A DNA stretch of 64,000 bases from an uncultured Christensenellaceae bacterium (GTDB lineage Bacteria; Bacillota; Clostridia; Christensenellales; CAG-1252). The stretch spans positions 11,343 to 75,342 of the forward strand of contig CAYJBY010000004.1 in assembly GCA_964368645.1 (NCBI GenBank), given 5' to 3'. A program made the position numbers and the translations under genes. Positions 9,731 to 19,563 of the stretch are shown here, in pieces. Within the stretch, counting starts at the first letter, position 1, and each line of letters begins with the position of its first letter. The notes beneath the pieces were generated by a model that saw only the letters and a program-made list of their open reading frames with translations, was not told where the DNA came from and did no database searches.

Positions 9731-10997
9731 CAAATGCGGAGCGGAGATACTTAAGAGCGCGGACGGCAAATACCGTTGCGCCAAGTGCGGAACGATGTTT
9801 GTACCTGCGGCGGAGTCCGGTCACGCCAAGCACTGTAAGGCTTGCGGCGCGGAGCTTATCGATCAGGGTAACGGAGTTTTTAAGTGCAAGGGCTGCGGCA
9901 AAACCTATATGCTCAAAAGCGCGGCGAGTAAGGCAACTCCCGCGGCAATTCTCAATGCGACCTCCACAGCGGCGAACGACGATAATTTCAGTTACGTTTT
10001 CCTGCCGAAATGCCCTATGTGCGGCTATGAGGTCAAGGAGATGAAGAGCGGCGGCAACAAATACAAATGCGTTTGTTGCGGCGGCGAGTATCCTAAGAGT
10101 CAGCTTATGCAGAAGGTCAAGCTAGGCACCGCGCAAGCGGTTTCTCCTACGGTTGCCGCACCGACAGTCGGCACGTCGGTACCCGACGCGGCGCAGAAGG
10201 CGCAACCCGAAAAACGGAGCAAAAAGCGGAAGGCGGCAGAGCAGACCGAGACGGCGGTTCCCGAAAAGAACGAGATTAAGGCGGATAGTAAGAGCGAGCG
10301 CAAGGGCAAAAAAGAAGCTAAGGCAGTCCGTGACGTGCCCTCATTAGGCGAGAAATCCCACGCTGTTGCAGGTATCATATTTTTAGTGCTTATCGTGCTG
10401 TTAATCGGCATAACGGTTGCCGCGCCTTACCTTAACGGTATCGAGGCGGTAGTCAAAATCCTAGTTTACGCCTTACCTGCGGCGGTATTGCTTTTGCCGT
10501 TGGTAATCACGGTATTCACGGCTTGCGCCGCGATTGTCGCACGCAAAACCGTTTCAGGCATAGGCTTAGGGCTTGTGGCGGCGGCGTTCGTGGTAATGTT
10601 CGCCGATACTGCCTTAGACGGCAATTTTGCGATTTCCTTTATCAATTTCGCGGCAGGGAAAGATATTATAGTTCCATTTGCGGAGGATTTTGTACTTTTC
10701 AAGTACTTAGAGTACGCGCTGTACGCCTACGCAGGACTTACCGCGATAGGTTCGATTCTCGCCTTGGTTTTTGCGAAGCACAGCTTTGAAAAAGCGGCGT
10801 CCTTGATATTCTACGGTATATTCGGCGTACTTTGCGCGGCGGTTCCCGTCGCTCTTAAGTTCGTCAGTCCTGAGCTTTACGCCAACGTACTTAACGGCGC
10901 GATTGCGAAATACGTTGTGCCTTACCTTGAGTATCTGTTTATGCTGCTTTCCTCGGTTTGTCTCTGCGCGTTCTGCGCGGTTTCGCGCCGTAACTGA
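9720..10997 (+). CDS. Hypothetical membrane protein with three N-terminal CxxC...CxxC zinc-ribbon modules, a Lys/Ala-rich linker and about 6 predicted TM helices
   Basis: Start ATG 9720 follows GGGGGAG and overlaps the deoD stop by 11 nt. The ribbons are CNKCG..CAKCG, CKACG..CKGCG and CPMCG..CVCCG. Confidence 0.6.
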   Translation: MICNKCGAEILKSADGKYRCAKCGTMFVPAAESGHAKHCKACGAELIDQGNGVFKCKGCGKTYMLKSAASKATPAAILNATSTAANDDNFSYVFLPKCPMCGYEVKEMKSGGNKYKCVCCGGEYPKSQLMQKVKLGTAQAVSPTVAAPTVGTSVPDAAQKAQPEKRSKKRKAAEQTETAVPEKNEIKADSKSERKGKKEAKAVRDVPSLGEKSHAVAGIIFLVLIVLLIGITVAAPYLNGIEAVVKILVYALPAAVLLLPLVITVFTACAAIVARKTVSGIGLGLVAAAFVVMFADTALDGNFAISFINFAAGKDIIVPFAEDFVLFKYLEYALYAYAGLTAIGSILALVFAKHSFEKAASLIFYGIFGVLCAAVPVALKFVSPELYANVLNGAIAKYVVPYLEYLFMLLSSVCLCAFCAVSRRN

Positions 10998-11007
10998 CCG
11001 TAGCTAA

Positions 11008-11057
11008 ACGTCTTACGTGATTTCAGTTGAACACTGAACCTCGTAAGGCGTTTTTTT
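11008..11057 (+). terminator. Putative rho-independent terminator
   Basis: 10-bp stem ACGTCTTACG/CGTAAGGCGT (one G-U pair), a large loop, then T7. Confidence 0.45.
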
Positions 11058-11195
11058 ATTGCCGAGCCATCGATAATAAGCTCTCGTTTTTTTGTTTTTT
11101 ATCGGCGGTTTTTCGGAAGAGTTTATCGGACGGGTATTGTATTGAAAGAAAGAGTATGATATAATATCATAATTCTCGGTTATGTCGGAGTTTGT

Positions 11196-12110
11196 ATGAT
11201 TACAGTGTATGTTATTTTGGGTTTAATAGGATTTTTCGCGGTTGCCTATCTTCTAGTGGGGATAGTTATCGCCGCTGTCAACCTCTATCACGTACCGAAA
11301 GACGCCGATGCCGCGATTAAGAGGGAATACGAGGCAGGTGTTCCCGAGGAATACATACTTTATCCTTTTTCGGAAAAAGCGGAAATCGTATCTGATTTGG
11401 GTGCGTTCAAGCTCTCTGCCAAGGTCTTTTTTGCCAAGGGCGGCAGTGATAAATGGGTTATCGGGCTTCACGGTTACGACAGCCTTAACACCACAATGCA
11501 CAAATACGCCAAGATGTTTAACGATTTCGGCTACAACTTTTTCGCTCCCGACAGCCGTTTTTGCGGAGAGTCGGAGGGAAAGTGTTTTACCTTCGGCGAC
11601 AAGGAGCATAAGGACGTCTGTCAATGGATAGATTACGTAAGAGAGCACTATAAGCCTTCTTCTCTGGGCTTGTTCGGCGTGTCTATGGGCGCGGCTACCG
11701 CCGTGCTTACCGCTTCCGTGCGCAAGGACGTGGGATTTTTGATTTCCTACTGCTCATATAGCTCCTATCGGGATATCATCACCGCTCGCGGTACGGCAGT
11801 AATGGGCAACTTTTTTAAGTTCCTTTATCCGTCTGTCAGGTTTGGCTCCTTCTTAGTGACGGGTATGCGCCCTTCAAAAATCAATACGGTTGAGGCGATT
11901 AAGAGGGTACGGTGTCCGATTTTGGTGCTTCATTCAAAAAAAGACGATTTTACCCCTTACGTTCAGTCGGTGGCTTTGGCGCAGGCTAATCCCGCAGTAA
12001 GACTTTATCTGTTTGAAAAGGGTACGCACTCCAGAGCGTTTGCCGCCGATCCCGCCGAATACAAAAAAGTGGTTGGCGGTTTTCTTGACGGTATCAGTCT
12101 GATGGCATAA
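11196..12110 (+). CDS. Alpha/beta-hydrolase-fold protein with an N-terminal TM anchor
   Basis: GxSxG nucleophile elbow (GVSMGAA). Hydrophobic N-terminus. RBS GGAG. Confidence 0.65.
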   Translation: MITVYVILGLIGFFAVAYLLVGIVIAAVNLYHVPKDADAAIKREYEAGVPEEYILYPFSEKAEIVSDLGAFKLSAKVFFAKGGSDKWVIGLHGYDSLNTTMHKYAKMFNDFGYNFFAPDSRFCGESEGKCFTFGDKEHKDVCQWIDYVREHYKPSSLGLFGVSMGAATAVLTASVRKDVGFLISYCSYSSYRDIITARGTAVMGNFFKFLYPSVRFGSFLVTGMRPSKINTVEAIKRVRCPILVLHSKKDDFTPYVQSVALAQANPAVRLYLFEKGTHSRAFAADPAEYKKVVGGFLDGISLMA

Positions 12111-12298
12111 CAAGGGGCGCGGACAAGAGCAGTTACCAACGAAAGTAAAAAAACTATTCTAACAACGCATTTAGTCTAACTTAACGGCTGAAAATACGTT
12201 AAACGAGGGCGGCTCAACGTAGTGAAAGCCCCACAAGCAACGGCAAGCAAAACAACGGACTGAGTTCACGGTCCGAAATCAATATAAAGGAGAGAACA

Positions 12299-14209
12299 AT
12301 GGCGGAAAACAACACACAAGAAGTTTTTGACGAAAAGCTGTTAGCCGAAGCCAAAAAACACAACGTAAGTCCTGCGGATTACATTCCCACCAAGGAAAAA
12401 CTTGCGTATAGCTGCGGAGCGATGATGGACGGCGGCGGCGTTGCCCTAATGTCCTGCGTAATGCTAAGCTATATGACGGACAGTCTGGGCATTTTGGCGG
12501 CGGCGGCATCGACGATTATGATGGTTTCCAAAATATGGGACGCAGTTACCGATCCCGTAATGGGATTCATAACCGACAACACCAGAAGCAAATACGGAAG
12601 GCGCAAGCCCTACATATTTGCAGGCGGCATAGCGTTAATCGTGGCGATTTTCCTGCTTTTCGCTCCTATCAAGGAGTGGGGTGTCACCTCTCAGGGCGGA
12701 ATGATTGCCTACGTGCTGATTTTCTATATGCTTTGGAATACCTGTTCCACCTGCTCACAGGTGCCGTACACGTCGATGGCAAGCGATATATCGGCGTCCT
12801 TCTCGGAACGTAATAACGCCAATACCTACAAGCTGGTGTTCTCTGCCGTGGCGGCGGGACTCGCTTACGTAGTACCTCTGCTTTTGCTGGGCGCGTACCA
12901 AAAAGGCACTATGAGCGCGGTGGCGTTCTGGCTGATTATGGCGTGTCTGTTCGGCGGACTGTTCGGCGGCGGCTTGATAGTGACTTCCTTATTCGTTAAG
13001 GAACGTATCAAACCCTTACCCGGCGAGGCGAAACAAAAGTTTGATTTTAAGACCTTCCTCAAGGGCTACGTTCAGCCCTATAAGAACAAGAGCTACGGCT
13101 GGCATATAGCAATGTACGTAGCGGCGTTTACCTGTATGGATATGCTTTCCGCTTTGGCGGCGTATTATGCAACTCACGTTTGGAGAGGCGTAACTATGAA
13201 TTTGGGCTTCACCACGATGACTTTCAGCTCGATGTTTATCGTCGCGCCGTTAATGGTCGCCGCGGTGCTTGCTTTCCCTCTCGTGCGTATTGCAATGGAC
13301 AAGAAGGGCAAGGGCTTTGCCTTCCGTATGGGCTTACCTCTTTATATAATAGGCGGTATTCTGATAGCGGTTATGGACCCGAAATGGTGTCCTCCCATCA
13401 TTATCCCCATAGCGGCGTTTATAATGGGCTTCGGCTTCGGCGGCGCACAAATGATACCTTGGATGAACTTCCCCGATACCCTAGACGTGGCTGAGCTTAA
13501 ACTGGGCGAGCGTCCTACAGGCAATTACAGCGGTATGATGACCTTAATCCGCAAAATCTCGGGCGCATTAGGCGTAGGCGTAGTAGGTTGGGTACTTTCC
13601 GGCGTGGGCTACGACAATTACAATGCGGCTTTGACAGGTGCGCAGGATATAATCGAAACAGGCACCGATCCTGCTTTGACCGAGGCGTATCAAGCCTCTG
13701 ACGCTACCAATATAGGTGAGTTCTTCCGCAACTTCGGCAACGAAATCACCCAGCGTATCGATTATCTCGTGAACGGCGCAAAAACCGAGAGTTTCGACCT
13801 TAGCGGTTTTAATATCAACGAGGTAGCCGATAACGTAGGCAACGTATTACTGACGATTAGACTGCTGATGGGCATAGCGATAGCGGTACTTATCGCGTTC
13901 GCGCTGTTCAGCTCCTTCAAATTCCGACTGACTAATCCTATTCTTGCCCGTATGAGATACTTTACCGACAAGGTAAAGGCAGGAGAGTTTGATACCCTGT
14001 CCGACGAGGAAAAGCAGGAGAGAATCGACCTTATCAAAAAGCACTACGGCAAGTATGACGAAAAGTTTGATATGGATATGATAGCCCGTATGAACGCGGC
14101 GGTTGTAAAAACCTACGAAGCGGTAGATGAAGAAACCGCAGAGGTTACAACGGACGAGGCAACGGACAATGCGGCAGAGGACGTTAAGCCCGACGCCGAG
14201 GATAAATAA
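12299..14209 (+). CDS. GPH (glycoside-pentoside-hexuronide):cation symporter-family transporter with an extra loop and an acidic C-terminal tail
   Basis: MelB/GPH signature DAVTDPVMGFITDNTRSKYGRRKPY, 12 predicted TM segments. About 70 aa inserted before the last TM pair, plus a roughly 100-aa Asp/Glu-rich tail. Confidence 0.75.
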   Translation: MAENNTQEVFDEKLLAEAKKHNVSPADYIPTKEKLAYSCGAMMDGGGVALMSCVMLSYMTDSLGILAAAASTIMMVSKIWDAVTDPVMGFITDNTRSKYGRRKPYIFAGGIALIVAIFLLFAPIKEWGVTSQGGMIAYVLIFYMLWNTCSTCSQVPYTSMASDISASFSERNNANTYKLVFSAVAAGLAYVVPLLLLGAYQKGTMSAVAFWLIMACLFGGLFGGGLIVTSLFVKERIKPLPGEAKQKFDFKTFLKGYVQPYKNKSYGWHIAMYVAAFTCMDMLSALAAYYATHVWRGVTMNLGFTTMTFSSMFIVAPLMVAAVLAFPLVRIAMDKKGKGFAFRMGLPLYIIGGILIAVMDPKWCPPIIIPIAAFIMGFGFGGAQMIPWMNFPDTLDVAELKLGERPTGNYSGMMTLIRKISGALGVGVVGWVLSGVGYDNYNAALTGAQDIIETGTDPALTEAYQASDATNIGEFFRNFGNEITQRIDYLVNGAKTESFDLSGFNINEVADNVGNVLLTIRLLMGIAIAVLIAFALFSSFKFRLTNPILARMRYFTDKVKAGEFDTLSDEEKQERIDLIKKHYGKYDEKFDMDMIARMNAAVVKTYEAVDEETAEVTTDEATDNAAEDVKPDAEDK

Positions 14210-14343
14210 CAAAGGATAATCAAACTGTTTTCTCAATGCGGTCTTGACGAGGATTTTCCGAAAGAAACCGAGTGCTAAGGCTCGGTCAACGTGTGAGAAA
14301 ACGGATAATCTACGCTTTGGAGTGATTTTCAAAGCTTGAAAAG

Positions 14344-14375
14344 AAGCGGTCTGCGGTAACGCGGCCGCTTTTTCG
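14344..14375 (+). terminator. Putative terminator after the GPH transporter gene
   Basis: AAGCGGTC-11 nt-GGCCGCTT stem followed by TTTTTCGTT. Confidence 0.45.
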
Positions 14376-14379
14376 TTCC

Positions 14380-14760
14380 TAACGGAAAAACGCAGATAAG
14401 GCTGTAGCGCAACAGTCCATAACCGATAAGGCTTTAACAGTAATTTCCGATAACCTAACAATGGATAACGGTAAGCGAGGAATAGATAAGGCTTTACCCG
14501 TAATTGCCAATAACACAGTCCGTAATAAAAGGCTGTAGAGCTAAGCGAGAATAAACGATTAATAGAGGATAGCGTAATTGCCCGTAACCGAGAATAGCCG
14601 AGCGCAACCGAGAATCAGTCGGACATAACCGTTACTGAATGCAACAACTCATAGTCAAGAGTAGTCAAGAATAACCGAGCGCAACCGTAACCGAGAGTAA
14701 CCGTAACCGAAAGTAACCGAGCTAAGCCCCTTGGAACGCCTTAGCGGAATAAGGGTTTTG
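14380..14760. repeat. Noncoding spacer of degenerate direct repeats
   Basis: A unit of about 30 bp (GATAAGGCTTTAACAGTAATTTCCGATAAC) occurs twice. GTAACCGA appears four times in tandem and AACCGAGCGCAACCG twice. No ORF. Confidence 0.5.
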
Positions 14761-14874
14761 TCTTGACAACTAAGCTCTCTTAATATACAATTAAGGCGTT
14801 ATTGCGAGGGCTTGCCGTGAGGTGCATACTACTAGCACGAAGAAAGTAACCTAGCCGTTTACGAAGGAGAAATA

Positions 14875-16377
14875 ATGAAAAGATTATTAGCGTTGATAAT
14901 CGTTATTGCACTGGTGTGCGTATTTGCCGTGGGCTGTGAGGATAATGGGGATAGGACTTTCGTGGAAACCTTTATGGTAACGCCGTCTGAGCTTGGGCTT
15001 CCCCAAACGGTTTTTGACGATATGGGCTTATACGTCTATCACAACGGAACCTACTACAACTACGCCGAAACGGACTATTTTGATTCCGATAAGCCTACGC
15101 TGATTTATACCCACGGTATGGGCGGCGGCAGTATAGGTTTCAGTCTTAATTCCATAGTCGCCGAAAAAGCCGAGCTTAAAGAAGACAGTGAGAAGTATTG
15201 GGCGGATTTGGGCTTTAACGTATGCAGCCTTGACTGGGGTCCTTTCGCAGACGATGATCCTTACGTAATTCAGGACAAAATCTGGGGCGTGAACGGTGAG
15301 AAGGGTATGCGTTACAAGGTATCGGGCGCGTCGGAGTTTTCGGACGGATACGACTCCTACTGTATGGCGCAGATTTACGCAGTGTATATCCTCGACCTTT
15401 TGCGCAAGTACGATTACAGCGGCGAAATCCGTATGATGGGGCACTCGATGGGCGCAATGCTTACCTTAGCAACCGCCGATTGCCTTTACAACTTGGCGGC
15501 GAGCGGACAAATAAAGAAAGACTACGTTCCCGAAAGGATAACCCTTTTCGACACCTTTATCTGCAATCTTCCGAAAACCACCTACGTGGAGTGGTTGGAA
15601 AGAGAGATGGGCAAATACGGTTCGGCTTCGGTAATGGCTGAGGCGAGCGCGGAGCTTGACGATGCAGGCGTTGCTGTGGAATATATGCGTACGGGCTTCG
15701 GAGATTCGGCAAGGGCTCTCAACGGCAAGGATAAGACCTATTTGGACTTTTGGAACTCCTGCTTTATGCTGGATTATAACGATACTTATATAGACGCTAT
15801 GCACTCGAATATCGTTGACAATTACTCGGAAAGACATTGCGTGGGCTACGGCATATACAGCGCGATGTGGTCGTTTGATTATATGACGGACGCAGGAAGC
15901 GGCAACTTCGGTTTTAGTCCGAGAACGCCCACCTCGGCGGTGGTCGCGCTTAACGGAACTTATATTTCTATGGACGAAAATCTGACCGTTGACGTAACCG
16001 ACGACGTTCAGCATTCGGCGGCAAAATCCACCGCGACGGTAGGCGGTTTTGTGTTCAGCGACGTGAACGGCAACGGCATTGCTGACGACGGCTTCGGTTC
16101 CAGAACGGAAAAAATCAACGTGAGCTTGTATCTTAACGGCGAGCTGATTAAGCAAACCGTCACAAATTACGGCGGTTATTACGGTTTTGAGGTGGAGCCT
16201 GTCGATAACGGAGAGTACAGCCTTTCCTTTGATACGGCGGAAAAGACGATTACCGTATCCCCCGACAAGGCAAGCGGCGACAGATATTATCTGATGGACA
16301 GCACCGCATCTGCCGAAAGTACCTTTGGCTTATCCGCAGGCGGCTTGAAAATAATTAATATCGGAACGCGCCCGTGA
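14875..16377 (+). CDS. Secreted lipoprotein lipase/esterase (alpha/beta hydrolase) with a C-terminal SdrD-B/CnaB-like domain
   Basis: Lipoprotein signal ending FAVGC. Oxyanion-region YTHGMGGG and nucleophile GHSMG. C-terminal FSDVNGNGIADDGF motif. Confidence 0.7.
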   Translation: MKRLLALIIVIALVCVFAVGCEDNGDRTFVETFMVTPSELGLPQTVFDDMGLYVYHNGTYYNYAETDYFDSDKPTLIYTHGMGGGSIGFSLNSIVAEKAELKEDSEKYWADLGFNVCSLDWGPFADDDPYVIQDKIWGVNGEKGMRYKVSGASEFSDGYDSYCMAQIYAVYILDLLRKYDYSGEIRMMGHSMGAMLTLATADCLYNLAASGQIKKDYVPERITLFDTFICNLPKTTYVEWLEREMGKYGSASVMAEASAELDDAGVAVEYMRTGFGDSARALNGKDKTYLDFWNSCFMLDYNDTYIDAMHSNIVDNYSERHCVGYGIYSAMWSFDYMTDAGSGNFGFSPRTPTSAVVALNGTYISMDENLTVDVTDDVQHSAAKSTATVGGFVFSDVNGNGIADDGFGSRTEKINVSLYLNGELIKQTVTNYGGYYGFEVEPVDNGEYSLSFDTAEKTITVSPDKASGDRYYLMDSTASAESTFGLSAGGLKIINIGTRP

Positions 16378-16456
16378 TGCGCACGCACGGCGCACGCGTA
16401 AGTAAGTTATCGGATACGCTCTCGAAAAAATTTGATATAACTTGTAATTATAACTT

Positions 16457-16498
16457 CACCCGAATATGCTTTCGATAAGTACGTTCGGGTGTTTTTTT
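16457..16498 (+). terminator. Rho-independent terminator after the lipase gene
   Basis: CACCCGAA...TTCGGGTG 8-bp stem followed by T7. Confidence 0.6.
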
Positions 16499-16638
16499 CG
16501 TTGCAACATATCGGCTTGTATGCGTGTTTCCGATTGACCGTAAGGAAGGCTCTTTACTGTATAAAAAAACGGCGAGAAGCCTTGCCTCTCACCGCCAACC
16601 GCAAAACGGTTTTTAGAAGAATATAACCTTAATAATGT

Positions 16639-18015
16639 TTATTTTCTGTTTTTCAGAGTTCTGTAATGTCTTTGGGGCTGAACCGCTATGTAAGCAGGTC
16701 TGATTATCTTGCCCTTATTGACGATTTCCTCCAGTCGGTGCGCCGACCAGCCTGCAACCCTTGCCACCGCGAACATAGGAGTGAAAAGCTCCTCGGGGAT
16801 ACGGCAGATTTTGTAAACGTAATTGGAATAAAAGTCCACGTTGATGGGTACGGGCTTTTTCACGCTCTTCTTTTCAGCAACCACCCTAGGTGCCAGCTTT
16901 GCCAGTTTGGTATAAAGCTCGTAATCCTCCAGCTCGTCGGGTACTGTCTTGGCGTAATCCTTGATAGTGTCGCGCATTATATTTGCTCTGGGATCGGACA
17001 GGGAGTAGATGGCGTGACCTACGCCGTAAATCAAGCCCTGACGGTCGAAAACCTCTTTATTGAGCATTCTGCGCAGATAAGCCATAATGGTCTCGTCCTT
17101 CATATCGGGGATATTTTCCTTGATATCCTCCATCATCTCCGCCACCTTTACGTTAGCACCGCCGTGTCTGGGGCCCTTGAGAGAGCCTAAGGAAGCGGTT
17201 ATGGTGGAATAGGTATCCGTGCCTGTGGAGGTGACTACGTGAGCGGTAAAGGTACTGTTGTTACCGCCGCCGTGTTCCATCTGAAGTATCAGACAGCGAT
17301 CCAGCATCAAGGCCTGCGCTCTGTTGTACTTACCAGTGCCCTTGAGCATATAGAGAATATTTTCCGCAGTGGAAAACTCGGGCTTGGGCAGTCTGATAAC
17401 CAAATTCTTGTGAAGAATGTAGTGCTTGTAGGACTGGTAGCAATAGACGGCCAAGAGGGGCATCTGTGCGATAAGCTGTAAGCTCTGCCTAAAGACGTTG
17501 CGGACGCTGATATCGTCCGCGTTGCTGTCGTAGGAATAAAGCGTCAGCACGCAACGGGACATCGCGTTCATAATGTTTTTACTGGGGGCTTTCAGCACCA
17601 CGTCGCGGACAAAGCTGTCGGGAAGGGAACGGAAGCCTGCCAAAAGATTGTTAAAATCCTCCAGCTCCTTCGCATTAGGCAGTTCTCCGCACAAAAGCAG
17701 ATAACATACCTCTTCAAAACCAAAACGATCCTCTTTTTCCAACGCCTCAACAATACTGTATATGTTGATACCGCGATAAAAAAGCTCGCCCTCTATGGGT
17801 ATGCGCTCGCCGTTTTCGTCCACGCCCTTATAAGCGTTAACCTCCGAAATATCGGTTAAACCGGTAACTACACCAACACCGTTGCTATCTCGGAGTCCGC
17901 GGAAAACCTTATACTTGGCGTATAGCTCGTTCTCAATTACGTCGGTATCCATAGCCTTGTCGGACAACACGTTAATCTGTTCGTTGCAACGCTTCAGAAA
18001 TTCTTCGTATATCAT
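16639..18015 (-). CDS. Citrate synthase
   Basis: Citrate synthase active-site region GVGHAIYSLSDPRA. 458 aa. RBS AAGGAG. Confidence 0.85.
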   Translation of the reverse strand: MIYEEFLKRCNEQINVLSDKAMDTDVIENELYAKYKVFRGLRDSNGVGVVTGLTDISEVNAYKGVDENGERIPIEGELFYRGINIYSIVEALEKEDRFGFEEVCYLLLCGELPNAKELEDFNNLLAGFRSLPDSFVRDVVLKAPSKNIMNAMSRCVLTLYSYDSNADDISVRNVFRQSLQLIAQMPLLAVYCYQSYKHYILHKNLVIRLPKPEFSTAENILYMLKGTGKYNRAQALMLDRCLILQMEHGGGNNSTFTAHVVTSTGTDTYSTITASLGSLKGPRHGGANVKVAEMMEDIKENIPDMKDETIMAYLRRMLNKEVFDRQGLIYGVGHAIYSLSDPRANIMRDTIKDYAKTVPDELEDYELYTKLAKLAPRVVAEKKSVKKPVPINVDFYSNYVYKICRIPEELFTPMFAVARVAGWSAHRLEEIVNKGKIIRPAYIAVQPQRHYRTLKNRK

Positions 18016-18103
18016 ACGCTACTCCTTTTTCAGTTTAATGGGACAATTATAGCACAGGGATTCGGAAAAAGTCTTGATTTTTGAGACATTATTTTGCTTT
18101 TTA

Positions 18104-18132
18104 TTGACATCTTCTATTGTCGTTATTATAAT
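18104..18132 (+). promoter_or_regulatory. Sigma-A-type promoter for the second lipase gene
   Basis: TTGACA, 17-nt spacer, TATAAT. Confidence 0.5.
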
Positions 18133-18180
18133 TAAGTTGTTTTAAGGCAACGTAATCAAGTTTCGAGAGGTTTAAGTTAT

Positions 18181-19563
18181 ATGAAAAAGATTTTTATCGT
18201 CAAAGCTGTATGCCTGATTCTCGCCGTGTGCGTTTTGGGCTCGGTATTGACCGCTTTCGTCGCTTGCGGCGACACTAAGACTACCATTCCCGAGAAAAAA
18301 GCTATAATTATCGTTCCCGGTATTTTGGCAGGCACTCTTTACAACGAGGAAACAGGCCGCGAAATCTGGGATCCCTTCTCTAAGGCTGACAATATCGATA
18401 TTATGAGCTTTATGGGAGGCGGCGGCGGTATCGGCGAGGGCGTCAACGCCTTAATGTCCGCCTACGGCGCAGGCTTTATCAGCTATGCAATGGGCTTGGT
18501 CAACGATATTATGGATGATTCCGACAACTACGAGGGCAGTTTACTTAACGAAATGCAGGTCAACAAGGACGGCACGTCCAAGAACCCTGCGGTTACCGCT
18601 GTTCCTTGGGATTACGAGACTCGTCTGCGTTACGGTACCTTTAACGCTTACCGCAAGCTACAGACAACCCTTCAGGAAAAGTACGGCGACGAGTACGAGG
18701 TCAGCGTTTGCAATTACGACTGGCGTCTTGACAACCGCACCGCTTATGCAACCTTGGAGAACTATATCAACGAGAACAATTACACCGACGTAGTGCTGAT
18801 AGGTCACAGTATGGGCGGTATCGTTTGCAGCGGATATATCGCAAAAAGCGCGGAGAACGCGGCTAAGGTAGATTCCTTTATCTCCATAGGCACTCCCTTC
18901 TACGGCTCCTTGTACGCTCTGGAATATATGGAAAACCCTTACGGCTTAATCAGCTCTCTGCTTCCTCTTTTGGAGAGCATCGGTCTGACCGCCGAATCCG
19001 AAAAAGCGGATTTGATGTACAAGAATATGGCTTTGCCTATGTTCCAATATATGCTTACGCTTTATCAGTTGATGCCCACAGGGGATATCATCGATACCTT
19101 GCAGTATCAGCAGGCTGACGGTATTACCTCCTTGCTTTACGTGGACGGAGCGCCCGTTGACTGTTCCGACTTGATTGCCACCTACAAATCCAGAAGTTGG
19201 GCAACCGATCCCACCACAGGGGAATACTATTACGGAGTTTCCTCCTTCGGCGACTTTATCGACAGTCAGTACGTGATGAAGGACGGCGAGAAGGTTCACG
19301 CCGCTTTAACGGTTAATTCCGTTTTCATTGCAGGCGACAACTTGATAACCGCCAAGGCTCTTGCTGTTGACGACGGCGTTTACGCAGGCAAAATCAACGA
19401 TATGCACGGTGACGGCACGGTTCCTCTTTACAGTGCGATACTGGGCAAAAGCGTCAACGACGAAGACGTATATATCTTTGATAACGTAGCTCACGTGGCT
19501 CTCGGCTGTGAATATAACGAGGATATTTATAACTTGATTTACAACACCATAGAGGGCAAATAA
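18181..19563 (+). CDS. Secreted lipoprotein, LCAT/PGAP1-like lipase-esterase
   Basis: Lipoprotein signal ending FVACG. Nucleophile LIGHSMGG. Gly-rich segment GGGGGIGEG. Confidence 0.7.
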   Translation: MKKIFIVKAVCLILAVCVLGSVLTAFVACGDTKTTIPEKKAIIIVPGILAGTLYNEETGREIWDPFSKADNIDIMSFMGGGGGIGEGVNALMSAYGAGFISYAMGLVNDIMDDSDNYEGSLLNEMQVNKDGTSKNPAVTAVPWDYETRLRYGTFNAYRKLQTTLQEKYGDEYEVSVCNYDWRLDNRTAYATLENYINENNYTDVVLIGHSMGGIVCSGYIAKSAENAAKVDSFISIGTPFYGSLYALEYMENPYGLISSLLPLLESIGLTAESEKADLMYKNMALPMFQYMLTLYQLMPTGDIIDTLQYQQADGITSLLYVDGAPVDCSDLIATYKSRSWATDPTTGEYYYGVSSFGDFIDSQYVMKDGEKVHAALTVNSVFIAGDNLITAKALAVDDGVYAGKINDMHGDGTVPLYSAILGKSVNDEDVYIFDNVAHVALGCEYNEDIYNLIYNTIEGK

